Below are positions 25,442-37,106 of a DNA stretch of 64,000 bases, piece by piece. Location of the stretch: the NCBI GenBank assembly GCA_036785375.1, contig JAWMAR010000177.1, positions 1,612,001 through 1,676,000 on the forward strand, read 5' to 3'. Made by a program: the position numbers and the translations under genes. The notes beneath the pieces were generated by a model. The model worked only from the letters and a program-made list of their open reading frames with translations. It was not told the origin of the DNA and made no database searches. The DNA is from Leucoraja ocellata (lineage: Eukaryota). The first letter of the stretch is position 1. Each line of letters starts with the position of its first letter.

Positions 25442-25755
25442 GCTGCCGCAAGTAAGAACTTCATTGTCAATTATTTGGTATACATGACAATTAAACACTC
25501 ATAACCTTATTTAGACATTCTCCACACATATTGCCTTCAATTTATGAGGTTTCACTACCATTTCCTGGGCAATATTAATCTGTATCAGTCATCTTCACAT
25601 GGTCTCCACCCGACCACCAATAATTCCCATTTTTCTTTTTATCGGCAATTTTCGGCAATTGTAAACACACCAGATTTCCCAGTTCTGGTCCTCAACCTGA
25701 AACATTCATCTGTGATACTATCCAAATAGTTGCGTATTACAAGCACTCATTGTTT

Positions 25756-25937
25756 TTATTTAAGCATCTGGGAATAATTTTGTGTGGTGTCTCTAGAAGC
25801 CTTTGAGGGTGGGATTCGTGTGTTGGAAGAGGGTAAATCAACTGATTCATCCTGAGTAGCATTTTCAGCTGCATTTTTTTGTACGATGGCATTTGACTGA
25901 TTGGGAAGACTAGAAAATTCCTTTTTTGGCTGTGCTG
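25756..25937 (-). CDS. Candidate terminal coding exon, Ser/Asn/Gln-rich, product unknown
   Basis: tag|CAG tandem acceptor, then xAQPKKEFSSLPNQSNAIVQKNAAENATQDESVDLPSSNTRIPPSKASRDTTQNYSQMLK* with AATAAA overlapping the stop. Composition resembles the 46.6-kb candidate exon. Confidence 0.3.
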
Positions 25938-26613
25938 CTATCAGCATCAAAAATATTGATGGCAATATATGGAAATTTATGATCTTAAATATCTGAACCC
26001 ACAACTATGCCAATGCACATGCATCTATTTCAATATAAGCGACTTTCTTCTGAGAAACATATTTTCCTCACATCAACAAACAACAGAAAAATACAGAGAG
26101 TCAAGAATTTGCAGATTTTGAAAGAGAAACAAATTGCTGACGGAGACATAGAAAAAATGGAAACATAGACAATAGGTGCAGAAGTAGGCTGGTCGGCCCT
26201 TCAAGCCAGCAACGCCATTCAATATGATCTTGGCTGATCATCTGAAATCGGCACCGCGCTCCTGCATTTTCACCGTATCCCTTGATTCCTTTAGCCCAAG
26301 AGTTAAATCTAACTCCCTCTTGAAATCAGTAGGTCAAGCAGTAATGATGGAAGGAATGGGACGATATTTTCAGTTGGGACGCTTCTTCAGACTGAGCTGG
26401 AAAAGAGAGATGGGGTGGGACAATCCTAGGAAGTGATAGGTAGATTTAGGTCAGGGTAGATGGGTGGAGTACGTGACAAAGGCTAGATGTGCAAAAGATA
26501 CAAAAGGGTGTCAGAGAGGGTGATAAGAAAAATGAAGAAAGTTCCCAACCCAGAACCTCATTTGTTCATTCCCTCCACAGGGAAGGAATGTGGGTGAGAG
26601 GGATAAAAAGGGG

Positions 26614-27753
26614 GAAACATAGAAGCATAGAAATTAGGTGCAGGAGTAGGCCATTCGGCCCTTCGAGCCTGCACCACCATTCAATATGATCATGGCTGAT
26701 CATCCAACTCAGTATCCCGTACCTGCCTTCTCTCCATACCCCCTGATCCCCTTAGCCACAAGGGCCACATCAAACTCCCTCTTAAATATAGCCAATGAAC
26801 TGGCCTCAACTACCCTCTGTGGCAGAGAGTTCCAGAGATTCACCACTCTCTGTGTGAAAAAAGTTCTTCTCATCTCGTTTTAAAGGATTTCCCCCTTATC
26901 CTTAAGCTGTGACCCCTTGTCCTGGACTTCCCCAACATCGGGAGCAATCTTCCTGCATCTAGCCTGTCCAACCCCTTAAGAATTTTATAAGTTTCTATAA
27001 GATCCCCTCTCAATCTCCTAAATTCTAGAGAGGATAAACCAAGTCTATCCAGTCTTTCTTCATAAGACAGTCCTGACATCCCAGGAATCAGTCTGGTGAA
27101 CCTTCTCTGCACTCCCTCTATGGCAATAATGTCCTTCCTCAGATTTGGAGATCAAAACTGTACGCAATATTCCAGGTGTGGTCTCACCAAGACCCTGTAC
27201 AACTGCAGTAGAACCTCCCTGCTCCTATACTCAAATCCTTTTGCTATGAAAGCTAACATACCATTCGCTTTCTTCACTGCCTGCTGCACCTGCATGCCTA
27301 CTTTCAATGACTGGTGTACCATGACACCAAGGTCTTGCTGCATCTCCCCTTTTCCTAGTCGGCCACCATTTAGATAATAGTCTGCTTTCCTGTTTTTGCC
27401 ACCAAAATGGATAATCTCACATTTATCCACATTATACTGCATCTGCCAAACATTTGCCCACTCACCCAGCCTGTCCAAGTCACCTTGCAGTCTCCTAGAA
27501 TCCTCCTCACAGCTAACACTGCCCCCCAGCTTAGTGTCATCCGCAAACTTGGAGATATTGCCTTCAATTCCCTCATCCAGATCATTAATATATATTGTAA
27601 ATAGCTGGGGTCCCAGCACTGAGCCTTGGGGTACCCCACTAGTCACTGCCCGCCATTGTGAAAAGGACCCGTTTACTCCTACTCTTTGCTTCCTGTTTGT
27701 CAGCCAGTTCTCTATCCACATCAATACTGAACCCCCAATGCCGTGTGCTTTAA
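26614..27753 (-). mobile_element. Young CR1/HER1 LINE 3' half (RT domain, one premature stop)
   Basis: [21 protein letters not shown]...SKFADDTKLGG, a TGA at 27152-27154, and a complete 3' UTR with (TTCTATGT)n-type tail. Confidence 0.96.
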
Positions 27754-28198
27754 GGGAGGGGTGGAATAAATGGGAAATGGGGGACTTGGGGATGGGAGAT
27801 GAGGGGAAAAGAGCAGGGTGTTTGCTGATCACCTTGAAAAATACAACAGTTCCCTCCCTTACAGCGAGACCCTTTCTACTGATATTAGGAAAAGTAGAAT
27901 TGTCTCGGGCAAAGGCTGTCTTGTCCTGTGGCTTGTCAAATCTACTTGCACATTTAATGGTCTGGAATATCCTGTGGGGATATAACTTCTCACCTAATAA
28001 CCAAAATAATCAGAAAAACAACTTCAGAAGAGGGAATATCTGCAGTTAAAAGCAATATCCAAAAGGTGCCAACACTAGCTGCATGCTCCTTCAAAGGGTA
28101 TGCTGCTGGAATGCTTGTTGATGGAAACAATTAACAATCCACTGACCTGATGAGAATATTAATATTTTTGTTAGAAAAGCTATTCTTGCAGTAAAGAT

Positions 28199-28342
28199 GG
28201 AGTGAAGGAATAGGCGACCTTTCGGGTCTCGCCCCGAAACGTCGCCTATTCCTTCGCTCCATAGACGCTGCCTCACCCGCTGAGTTTCTCCAGCATATTT
28301 GTCTACCTTCAATTTTTCCAGCATCTCCAGTCCTTTCTTAAA
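28199..28342. mobile_element. Fold-back mini Penelope-like element
   Basis: Perfect 14-bp TSD cttgcagtaaagat at 28185-28198 and 28343-28356. Confidence 0.88.
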
Positions 28343-31300
28343 CTTGCAGTAAAGATCATTGGCAATGCTATACCACTTTGACTAAGAAGCAACTCGGTCT
28401 TTTAAGGTTTTGTAACTTATTGTTTCTCCTGCTTAAACTTCTCACCCTGGCCATGTTTTCTTTGTGGAGTGCAACATTTTCAGAATAATAATTTCAGAAT
28501 TCTGTTTAAAAATGTAACAATTTTTTTATTTTGCTACTTTCAAAGTCCTCTATACATGTTCCACCAGTTTAACCCTGCTCCAATATTAAAATTTCTGTAA
28601 ATAATTCATAATTTAGTTCAAAATCAGAGCTGATGTCCTGATTTGGTAATTTGTGATTTTTTTTAATGTGATTGGCTGCTGCTTGATGTCAACACTGTTG
28701 CTGGAGGTCATTGGTTTCCTACGGTTGACCATAAAATTGAATTAATGTTTGGAAATGGGGAATTATTGGTAGAGTGACTGCATGATCTAATGTGTTGGAT
28801 ATTTTCAGCATTTTCTATGATTGCATTAACACCCGTTGCAAAAGCCCAATACTAGAGCACTGCTCAACGTAAGTGTCTTGTTGCAAAGTTAAGGATCAAT
28901 ATTTGGCACTCCAAGTAACGAGAAAAAACACATCATCGCTGGTGAAATAACCGTGAGTAAGTTCAGGGACATGGGTCAAAGGATGTGTGAGATAGACCAG
29001 AGACAGGGGAGAAGGAGGGCCAAAGAGAGATCAGGGAATGGGGGGAGCCGGAGAGAGATTAGGGACACAAAGAGAGGAAGTAACAGAGATAAATATGAGC
29101 AACACCAAACAGAGCTCGAGGAATAAAGGGATCGGGAAATTGTGTCGTGGGGAACCAGGGAGCAAAATCAGGGACATAAAACAAAGGGAGTATTAGAGAG
29201 AGATCAGAGGCATGGTACTGGGGGAGAGTGGAGAGAGATCAGTCATGGGGTGGTGGGGTGCAAGAGATAGAGAGACATATATCAGGGACATGGGACATAA
29301 GACAGATGGAGTGCAAGTGAGATTTAAAAAAATCAGCTACAGAAAAACAATTAGAGACAACCTGAGACCATGGATTCTTGACGATTATGCGCATGTGATA
29401 TTCAATATGATCATCATACATGTATTAGTTCTTACAATACATTTTAGTTTTAGTTAGTTACGTTCTTTAGTTGGATAGTTTTTGTAACTAACAACAAGTG
29501 TTAGTTCTTATAAGTCAATAATAGTGTACACACATGTTCTGAAGTTTCTGATATCCCCTAGAGATTATGATACATCAAACATAACAGGTCTACAGGCCAC
29601 ATCTAAATACATGCAAAAGAGAGAAAAAATCAGCGATATCTGGAGCACGGGAGAAAAATCACTAAAACAGTGAAACGGAACCATTTCTAGCTGCTTTCAC
29701 ATAACCTATGTCTGAAACATTAGCCCTTCACTCTGCTGTTATCCTCATAGTTTCTAGGGTCTATATCACTTAAATGACTGCATATCTATAACTGCACGTT
29801 CAAAGCAAAAACTGATGCATGCAATGTGGCCTGTTTGTGCTTCACAAAGGTATTGTCACACAGCTCTAGGTGCTGTCATTGTTCTGCTCTATCCTCAATC
29901 ACCTGACTGCAATGAAAAGAAAGTGCATGCAATGCTAAATAGCCTTATACCAGACACTACTGAGAAGCCACTAAGGCAGTCGAAGGGAGCAAGTGACTGT
30001 TTTATCTTTACAAATCATCGGTAGGCTCCGATTTCTCAGCAGGCAGCTCTTGACCAGATTGCAGAAGACACAATGTACTAAAAATATTTAAACTCAGTGA
30101 GATTTCATCTGAGAGTATAGACGCGCTTTGACTCCCACTCTATGCTGAGTGGTAGTGCTGTGCTTTTGTATCCTGAGGAGTGATACATGTCTTGTTTCAA
30201 AAGAAATTTGAGAATGATTGATACCTATGAAAAGTATTCAGAGAAACTGAGCACATTACTGTGGCGCATTAAACTAACGGTGAAGCTGAAGTAGATTACT
30301 AATGGCAGTTGTTAGTCATGGTTCAGTGGGTAATTCACCACTGATTCAGTAGGTCGTGGGCTCAAGACCCACTTCAAAGACTTTAGGTCAAAAAGGTAGC
30401 CTGATACTCCATTGCAACAGTGGGGGAATGCTGCACTTTGGATAACAGTTGAACATACTCATTAACGTTCCACGGTACAACTTTTCAATAAAGATTGGGG
30501 GAATTTTCCCAGTTCCCAGGTCAATATTACTTCCTCGCCCAATATCATTGACAGTTATCATCATGTTACTATTTATAGTAGTTTGCAAATTAGTAACCAT
30601 GTATTTCATAATGCAATAACAATTATTCATCAAAACATTCAAATTCTATAAAGCTTTGTGGAAAGTTGTGCTGTGATCAATTGGAGAAACAATTGATCTC
30701 TGTGGGCTTAATGTGTATTTTCTTTGTACAGACAGTACCCATAGTCAGGATTGAACCTGGGTTTCTGGTGCTGTAAGGCAGCAGCAATACCACTGCGCCT
30801 CCGTGCAGCCACTAGATGCGTTATTTTTGGTTGGGCAAAATAGTGACTATTACCACACACACATTCACCCAAGCCACTCCCAACATAGAGTTTCATGATT
30901 TCATTAGAACTAAAAATCTCATTTGGTGTTCATGCATGATGTTGTATTTCTTCCCCCAATTCCATTTTTTACATTTTTACATTTATGTTTATCGCAGTTA
31001 TTCCAATAATACAGTTAAATAGCTTTTGCAATTGTATTTATGGGTAATTCAGGTTTTGCAGCAAATCTGGAGGCAATACTTTCTCATGTAACAGGAGTCT
31101 CTCACAGAAATCTTGCTAAGGTCACATGATCCATCCCAGTCGGAGGTCTGGGGCACGAGCTACATAAGCAGCACGAGATTCAATATTGCAGGAGGTTCAA
31201 AAACTCCTGGTATGGAATTGCTAGTGTTGCATATACTGCACTAGTTGAATACTCCACTAATTCTCTGAAGATGAAAGCTAACAGTTCAATATTTTACCAC

Positions 31301-31934
31301 TGAGTGATCAGACACACTAATGATATATGTCAGCCTGCTTGCCTAGCAGTTTACAACAACCTAATACACTGTGCACAGCGAAGCTTCCAATATTTCAATC
31401 TAATTATTCTCAGCATTTCCCCCACCATCTACTCTCATTTTCGCTCAGATCACTCATCCCTTTTCTCATCTACAACAAACGTCTTTCAATCTATTCCCAG
31501 CACACCATCATATGACTGCTGTTCTCATCTATCCTCAACATCTACCTCTCATCTTAATCCACTCGGAATTGCGCTTACACTACATTAAACTATTTACATT
31601 AACACTGCATCTTTAATACTGCAACATGTAGCAAGGCACATTACAAACATTATTTGAGATTAGAGGGAGACTTTAGAGGAAACAAATCATTAAAAGAGAT
31701 CTATTTGATGGGAAATCTAAAAGGAGGAAAGAGAAACTGTGAGAGAAATGCAGAAAGGCAGAGAAGTTCAATGTGGAACGTCCTGAACCTCATTAGAGGA
31801 CAGAGATCTCAGAAGACAATAGATTTGAGGAAGAAATGAGGTATGGAGAAACTTTAAATCAAGGATGAAATTGTTCAAAATGCGCACACCAAATTGGAAG
31901 CAAATGTATGGGTGGAAACAAATAGTTGCATGGG

Positions 31935-32060
31935 TAGGAAGGAACTGCAGATGCTGGTTTAAACAAAATGTTGGAGTAACTCAGTGGGACAGGTAGAATC
32001 TCTGGTGAGAAGGAATAGATGATGTTTCGGGTTGAGACCCTCTTCAGACCCTTCTACTGC
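31935..32060 (-). mobile_element. Mini Penelope-like terminal fragment
   Basis: 14-bp TSD aat(a/g)gttgcatggg at 31921-31934 and 32061-32074. Confidence 0.8.
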
Positions 32061-32555
32061 AATGGTTGCATGGGCTTTGGTCTGAGTTAAGATAGAGGCA
32101 TTCGAAGTTCTGATGAGCCCAGGTTTATGGAGGGTGCAACTTAGGAGAGTATTGCGATTGTTCTCTGGGTGTGACAAATCTACGACTGCAGGTTACAGGT
32201 ACAGTTGAACCTGGGTTATCTCCATAACATGGTATATCTCTCTTAAGCCTGCAACCCTCTGCTTCAGCCTCCCTCATCATTCCTCACAGCTCACAGATGA
32301 CTGCATTTCTCTTGCACTTTATCTATGTTTCTGTAACACACTTCCATAAACCTTTCTTGGTTACAGTCTATAATGGTGTATCCTGCACCCAATATATGAA
32401 TGTTGTACTTTACTTACCAAGGATTAGTTTAATTTAGTTTATTGTCATGTGCACCAAGGTACAGTGAAAAGCTTTTATGTGCGAACCAGTCAGCGGAAAG
32501 GCAATACATGATTACAATCGAGCCGTCCACAGTTTACAGATAAATGATTATTGAT

Positions 32556-33716
32556 TGTTTAAGAAGGACTGCAGATGCTGGAAAATCGAAGGGAAGAATG
32601 AACAAGGGAGTTAGGGAGTTACGGAGGGAGCGGTCTTTGTGGAAGGCAGACATGGGGGGAGATGGGAAGATGTGGCGAGTGGTGGGGTCACGTTGGAGGT
32701 GGCGAAACTGACGGAGGATTACTTGTTGTATGTGACGGCTGGTGGGGTGAAAGGTGAGGACTAGGGGGACTCTGCCCTTGTTGCGAGTGGGGGGAGGGGA
32801 GAGAGAGCAGTGTTGCGGGGTATGGAAGAGACCCTGGTGCGAGCCTCATCTATGGTGGAGGAGGGGAATCCCTGTTCCCTGAAAAATGTGGACATTTCAG
32901 ATGCCCTGGTGTGGAACGCCTCACGATGGGAGCAGATCCGGTGTAGACGGAGGAATTAGTAGGGGATGGAGTCCTTACAGGAAGCAGGGTGGGAAGAAAT
33001 GTAGTCCCGATAGCCATGGGAGTCAGTAGGTTTATAGTGGATGTTGGTCAGAAGTCTATCACCTGCGATGGAGATAGTGAGGTCAAGGAATGGTAGGGAA
33101 GTGTCGGAAATGGTCCAGGTGTATTTGAGCGCCGGATGGAAGTTAGTGGTGAAGTGGATGAAGTCAGTCAGTTGTGTGTTGGTGCAGGAGGTGGCACCAA
33201 AGCACCAAACCCAAGCAGTCGTTCCAGGTGCGACAGAGGTTCACCTGCATCTCCTCCAACCTCATCTATTGCATCCGCTGCTCTAGATGTCAGCTGAATT
33301 ACATCAGTGAGATCAAGCGGAGGCTTGGCGATCGATTCGCCGAACACCTCTGCTCGGTCCGCAATAACCAACCTGATCTCTCGGTGGCTCAGCACTTCAA
33401 CTCCCCCTCCCATTCCGTATCCGACCTCTCTGTCCTCGGTCTCCTCCATGGCCAGAGTGAGCAACACCGGAAATTGGAGGAACAGCACCTCATATTCCGC
33501 TTGGGGAGCCTGCATTCTGGGGGCATGAACATTGAATTCTCCCAATTTTGTTAGTCTTCGCTGTCTCCTCCCATCCCCCAGCCCTCGGGCTGTCTCCTCC
33601 TCCTCCCCCCCTCCACCCTTCAGTCTGAAGAAGGGTTTCGGCCCGAAACGTTGCCTATTTCCTTCGCTCCATAGATGCTGCTGCACCCGCTGAGTTTCTC
33701 CAGCATTTTTGTGCAC
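32556..33716. mobile_element. Penelope-like (Neptune-type) element: inverted RT fragment, GIY-YIG endonuclease and terminal repeat
   Basis: Minus strand about 32596-33195 encodes NFHPALKYTW...LPFLDL...YKPTDSHGY. Plus strand 33200-33554 encodes SSNLIYCIRCSRC...RFAEH...VAQHF...GMN. 14-bp TSD aaatgattattgat at 32542-32555 and 33717-33730. Confidence 0.94.
33621..33655 (+). ncRNA. Minimal type I hammerhead-ribozyme-like motif in the Penelope terminal repeat
   Basis: CUGAAGA-A-GGGU(UUCG)GCCC-GAAA-CGUU contains the CUGANGA and GAAA boxes, stem II, a palindromic ACGU stem III and an NUH triplet. Stem I is weak. Confidence 0.55.
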
Positions 33717-34134
33717 AAATGATTATTGATAATTGCTTGTCCTTCCCAGAAGACTCTTAGGCTACATTCAACTGTTTTGGTTCCACAGGAATGGAAATGG
33801 AGGACCAGGAGAGGCTATTTTGCTTCTGCAGTTCAGTAAGATCACCGCTGATCTGACCAGTTCCATGCACTCACCTTTACATCCTTTACACTTCTAAAAA
33901 CCACAACTAATAAACCTATCCATCTCTGATTCAATTTTAATAATAGACCTAGTGTCAAATGCCACTTGTAGAAGAGCATTCTAAATACTGACCAATGTCC
34001 TACAGATTTATTGTTTAAGAAGGAACTGCAGATGCTGGAAAATCGAAGGTAGACCAAAATGCTGGAGAAACTCAGCGGGTGAGGCAGCATCTATGGAGTG
34101 AAGGAAATAGGCAATGTTTCGGGTCGAAACGTTT

Positions 34135-35775
34135 TATAGATTCAGGATCAGTTCCTGTGGATTGGAGGGTAGCTAATGTTATCCCACTTTTTAAGAAAGG
34201 CAGGAGAGAGAAAACAGGGAATTATAGACCAGTTAGCCTGACATCAGTGGTGGGGAAGATGCTGGAGTCAATTATAAAAGATGATATAGCGGCACATTTG
34301 GATAGCAGTAACAGGATTGGTCTGAGTCAGCATGGATTTACGAAGGGGAAATCATGCTTGACTAATCTTCTGGAATTTTTTGAGGATGTAACTAGGAAAA
34401 TGGGCAAGGGAGAGCCAGTGGACGTAGTGTCCCTGGACTATCAGTAAGGTCCCACATAAATTAGTGGGCAAAATTAGAGCACATGGTATTGGGGCTTGGG
34501 TACTGACATGGATAGAAAATTGGTTGGCTGACTGGAAACAAAGAGTAAGGATTAACGGGTCCCTTTCATAATGGCAGGCAGTGACTAGTGGAGTATCGCA
34601 AGGCTCAGCGCTGGGACTGCAGCTATTTACAATATACATTAATGATTTGGATGAAGGGATTAAAAGTAACTGTAGATTGGTTATTGCATGTGAACCAATC
34701 ATAGTAGAAATAGCATAACTAACCCCACCTTCCTGTATGATTCATACCAACACCCACTTCCTATAATGGTCAGTCTTGGAAGCGGTAACGATGAACTAAC
34801 AACTAACAACCTGGTGTGCCGCTATACTATGGGTACCAAGTAAAGATGATCTTGAACTCCAGATTGTACAGTTTGCTTATTTACAGTAATATTAGCAAAT
34901 TTGCAGATAACACAAAGCTGTGCAAACTGTGAGGAAGATGAAATGAGGATGCAGGGTGACTTGGACAGGTTGGGGGAGTGGGCAGTTGCATGGCAGATGC
35001 TGTTTAATGTGGATAAATGTGAGGTTATCCTCTTTGGTGGCAAGAATAGGAAGGCAGATAATTATCTAAATGGTGTCAAATTAGGAAAAGGAGAAGTACA
35101 ACGAGATCTGTGTGGCCTTGTACATCAGTCACTGAAAGTAACATGCAGGTACAGCAGGCAGTGAAGAAAGCAAATGGCATGTTGGCCTTCATAACAAGAG
35201 GAGTTGAGTATTTAAACAAATAGGTCCTTCTGCAGTTGTACAGGGCCCTGGTGGGACACACCTGGAGTATTGTGTGCAGTTTTGGTCTCCAAATATGAGG
35301 AAGGACATTCTTGCTATTGAGGGAATGCAGCGTAGATTCACTAGGTTAATTCCCGGGATGGACTGTCATATTTTGAAAGAATGGAGCAACTGGGCTTGTG
35401 TACACTAGATTTTATAAGGATGAGAGGTAGTCTTTTTGAAACATACAAAGTTTCTAAGGGATTAGACATGCTAGAGGCAGGAAACATGTTCATAAAGTTG
35501 GGGAAAGTCCAGAATCAGGGTCCACAGTTTAAGAATAAGGGGTAGGCCATTTAGACGGAGACGAGGAAAAACTTTTTTCACCCAGAGAGTTGTGAATCTG
35601 TGAATTCTCTGCCTCAGAAGGCAGTGGATGCCGATTCTCAGAATGCTTAAAGATAGTGGAGTCAAGGGATATGGAGAGAAGGCAGGAACGTGGTACTGAT
35701 TGTGGATGATCCGCCATGATCCCAGTGAATGGTGGTGCTGGCACAAAGGGCCTACTACTGCACCTATTGTCTATT
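34135..35775 (+). mobile_element. CR1/HER1 LINE RT and 3' UTR, degraded, interrupted by a solo LTR
   Basis: VPVDWRVANVIPLFKKG...NYRPVSLTSVVGKMLE...QHGFTKGKSCLTNLLEFF. Confidence 0.94.
34671..34885 (+). mobile_element. Solo LTR (Gypsy-like)
   Basis: TGTAGA...AGTAAAGA...TTTACA, 215 bp. Flanked by gtaac/gtaat (5-bp TSD, one mismatch) and cleanly splits the CR1 RT coding sequence. Confidence 0.88.
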
Positions 35776-36702
35776 TTCTATTGTCTGGCTGCTGGAAGCA
35801 CCCAAAATTACGCTCAAAAGATGGAGTAACAAAGAACTGCAGCTGCTGGTTTATATAATTAGAGCAATTCACTGGGTCAGGCAGCATCTCTGGACAACAT
35901 GGATAGGTGACATTTGGGTCAGGGCCCTTCTTCAGACTGATTGTGGTGGGGAGGAGAGGGGGGAGATGGAAAATAGGGGTGGGGGGGGGGCAGGACAAAC
36001 CTGGCATGTTATCAAATGCAAGTGTTCAGTGATCAGTTGTCGAGTCTGTGCTTGGTCACGCCGATGTATAGGAGGCCACATCGGGAACACCAGATGCATT
36101 ATTCTGTATTATTTATGCCTGCAATATTTTGTTGTGCTGAAGCAAAGCAAGAATTTCATTGTCCTATCTGGGACACATGACAATAAACTCTCTTGAATCT
36201 TGAATCTTGAATCTTCTCATCAATGGCGTTTGTCCAATCATCTGACTATCAAAAACGCCCATCACCTGTATCAACCTGCCATTATTCTGGCTTTGTCCTG
36301 GCCCTACCTCTCTTCCAGCTTTCTCCTCCCCCCCTCCCACTCATAATCAGTCTGAAGAAGGGTCCCAACCCAAAACATTACCAGTTCACCAGGGATGCTG
36401 CCTGACGTGTTGAGTTACTCCAGTACTTTGTGTCTTTTTATTGTTATATTCGAAAGGCCTGGTTTTATTTTCTAGGCTATGCTTACACATATGAACCAGA
36501 GAAAATTGTTTCTGTTTTATGAATCTTTCCACAGCATCTTAACATTTTCAATCAAATCACCCTTGTTTCAGGCAATATAATCCTCATTTGTGAAATATTT
36601 CTTCCTAATTTAATCCATAAAGTCCAGATATCATTATGGCAAATTTACATTGGACCCCTCCCAGGCCAATATATTGTTTGAGAAGTGTAATGCCCCGAAT
36701 TA

Positions 36703-37106
36703 ACATAGAAACATAGAAAATAGATGCAGGAGTAGGCCATTCGGCCCTTCGAGCCTGCACCACCATTCAATATGATCATGGCTGATCATCCAACTCAGTA
36801 TCCCATCCCTGCCTTCTCTCCATACCCCCAGACCCCTTTAGCCACAAGGGCCACATCTAACTCCCTCTTAAATATAGCCAATGAACTGGCCTCAACTACC
36901 TTCTGTGGCAGAGAATTCAACAGATTCACCACTCTCTGTGTAAAAAATGATTTTCTCATCTCGGTCCTAAAAGACTTCCCTCTTATCCTTAAACTGTGAC
37001 CCCTTGTTCTGGACTTCCCCAACATCGGGAATAATCTTCCTGCATCTAGCCTATCCAACCCCTTAAGAATTGTGTAAGTTTCTATAAGATCCCCCCTCAA
37101 TCTTCT
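36703..37106 (-). mobile_element. Young CR1/HER1 LINE 3' end
   Basis: Near-identical to the copies at 18237, 26614 and 40591. Confidence 0.93.

Noticed and set aside
27396-28049. 217-aa plus-strand ORF, and similar antisense ORFs such as 10885-11382
   Set aside because: They are antisense shadows of CR1 RT and Gypsy integrase coding sequence.
28809-28868. Plus-strand 60-bp cag|...|gtaagt mini-exon (IFYDCINTRCKSPILEHCS)
   Set aside because: It is isolated, with no partner exons or recognisable protein. Such matches are expected by chance in 64 kb.
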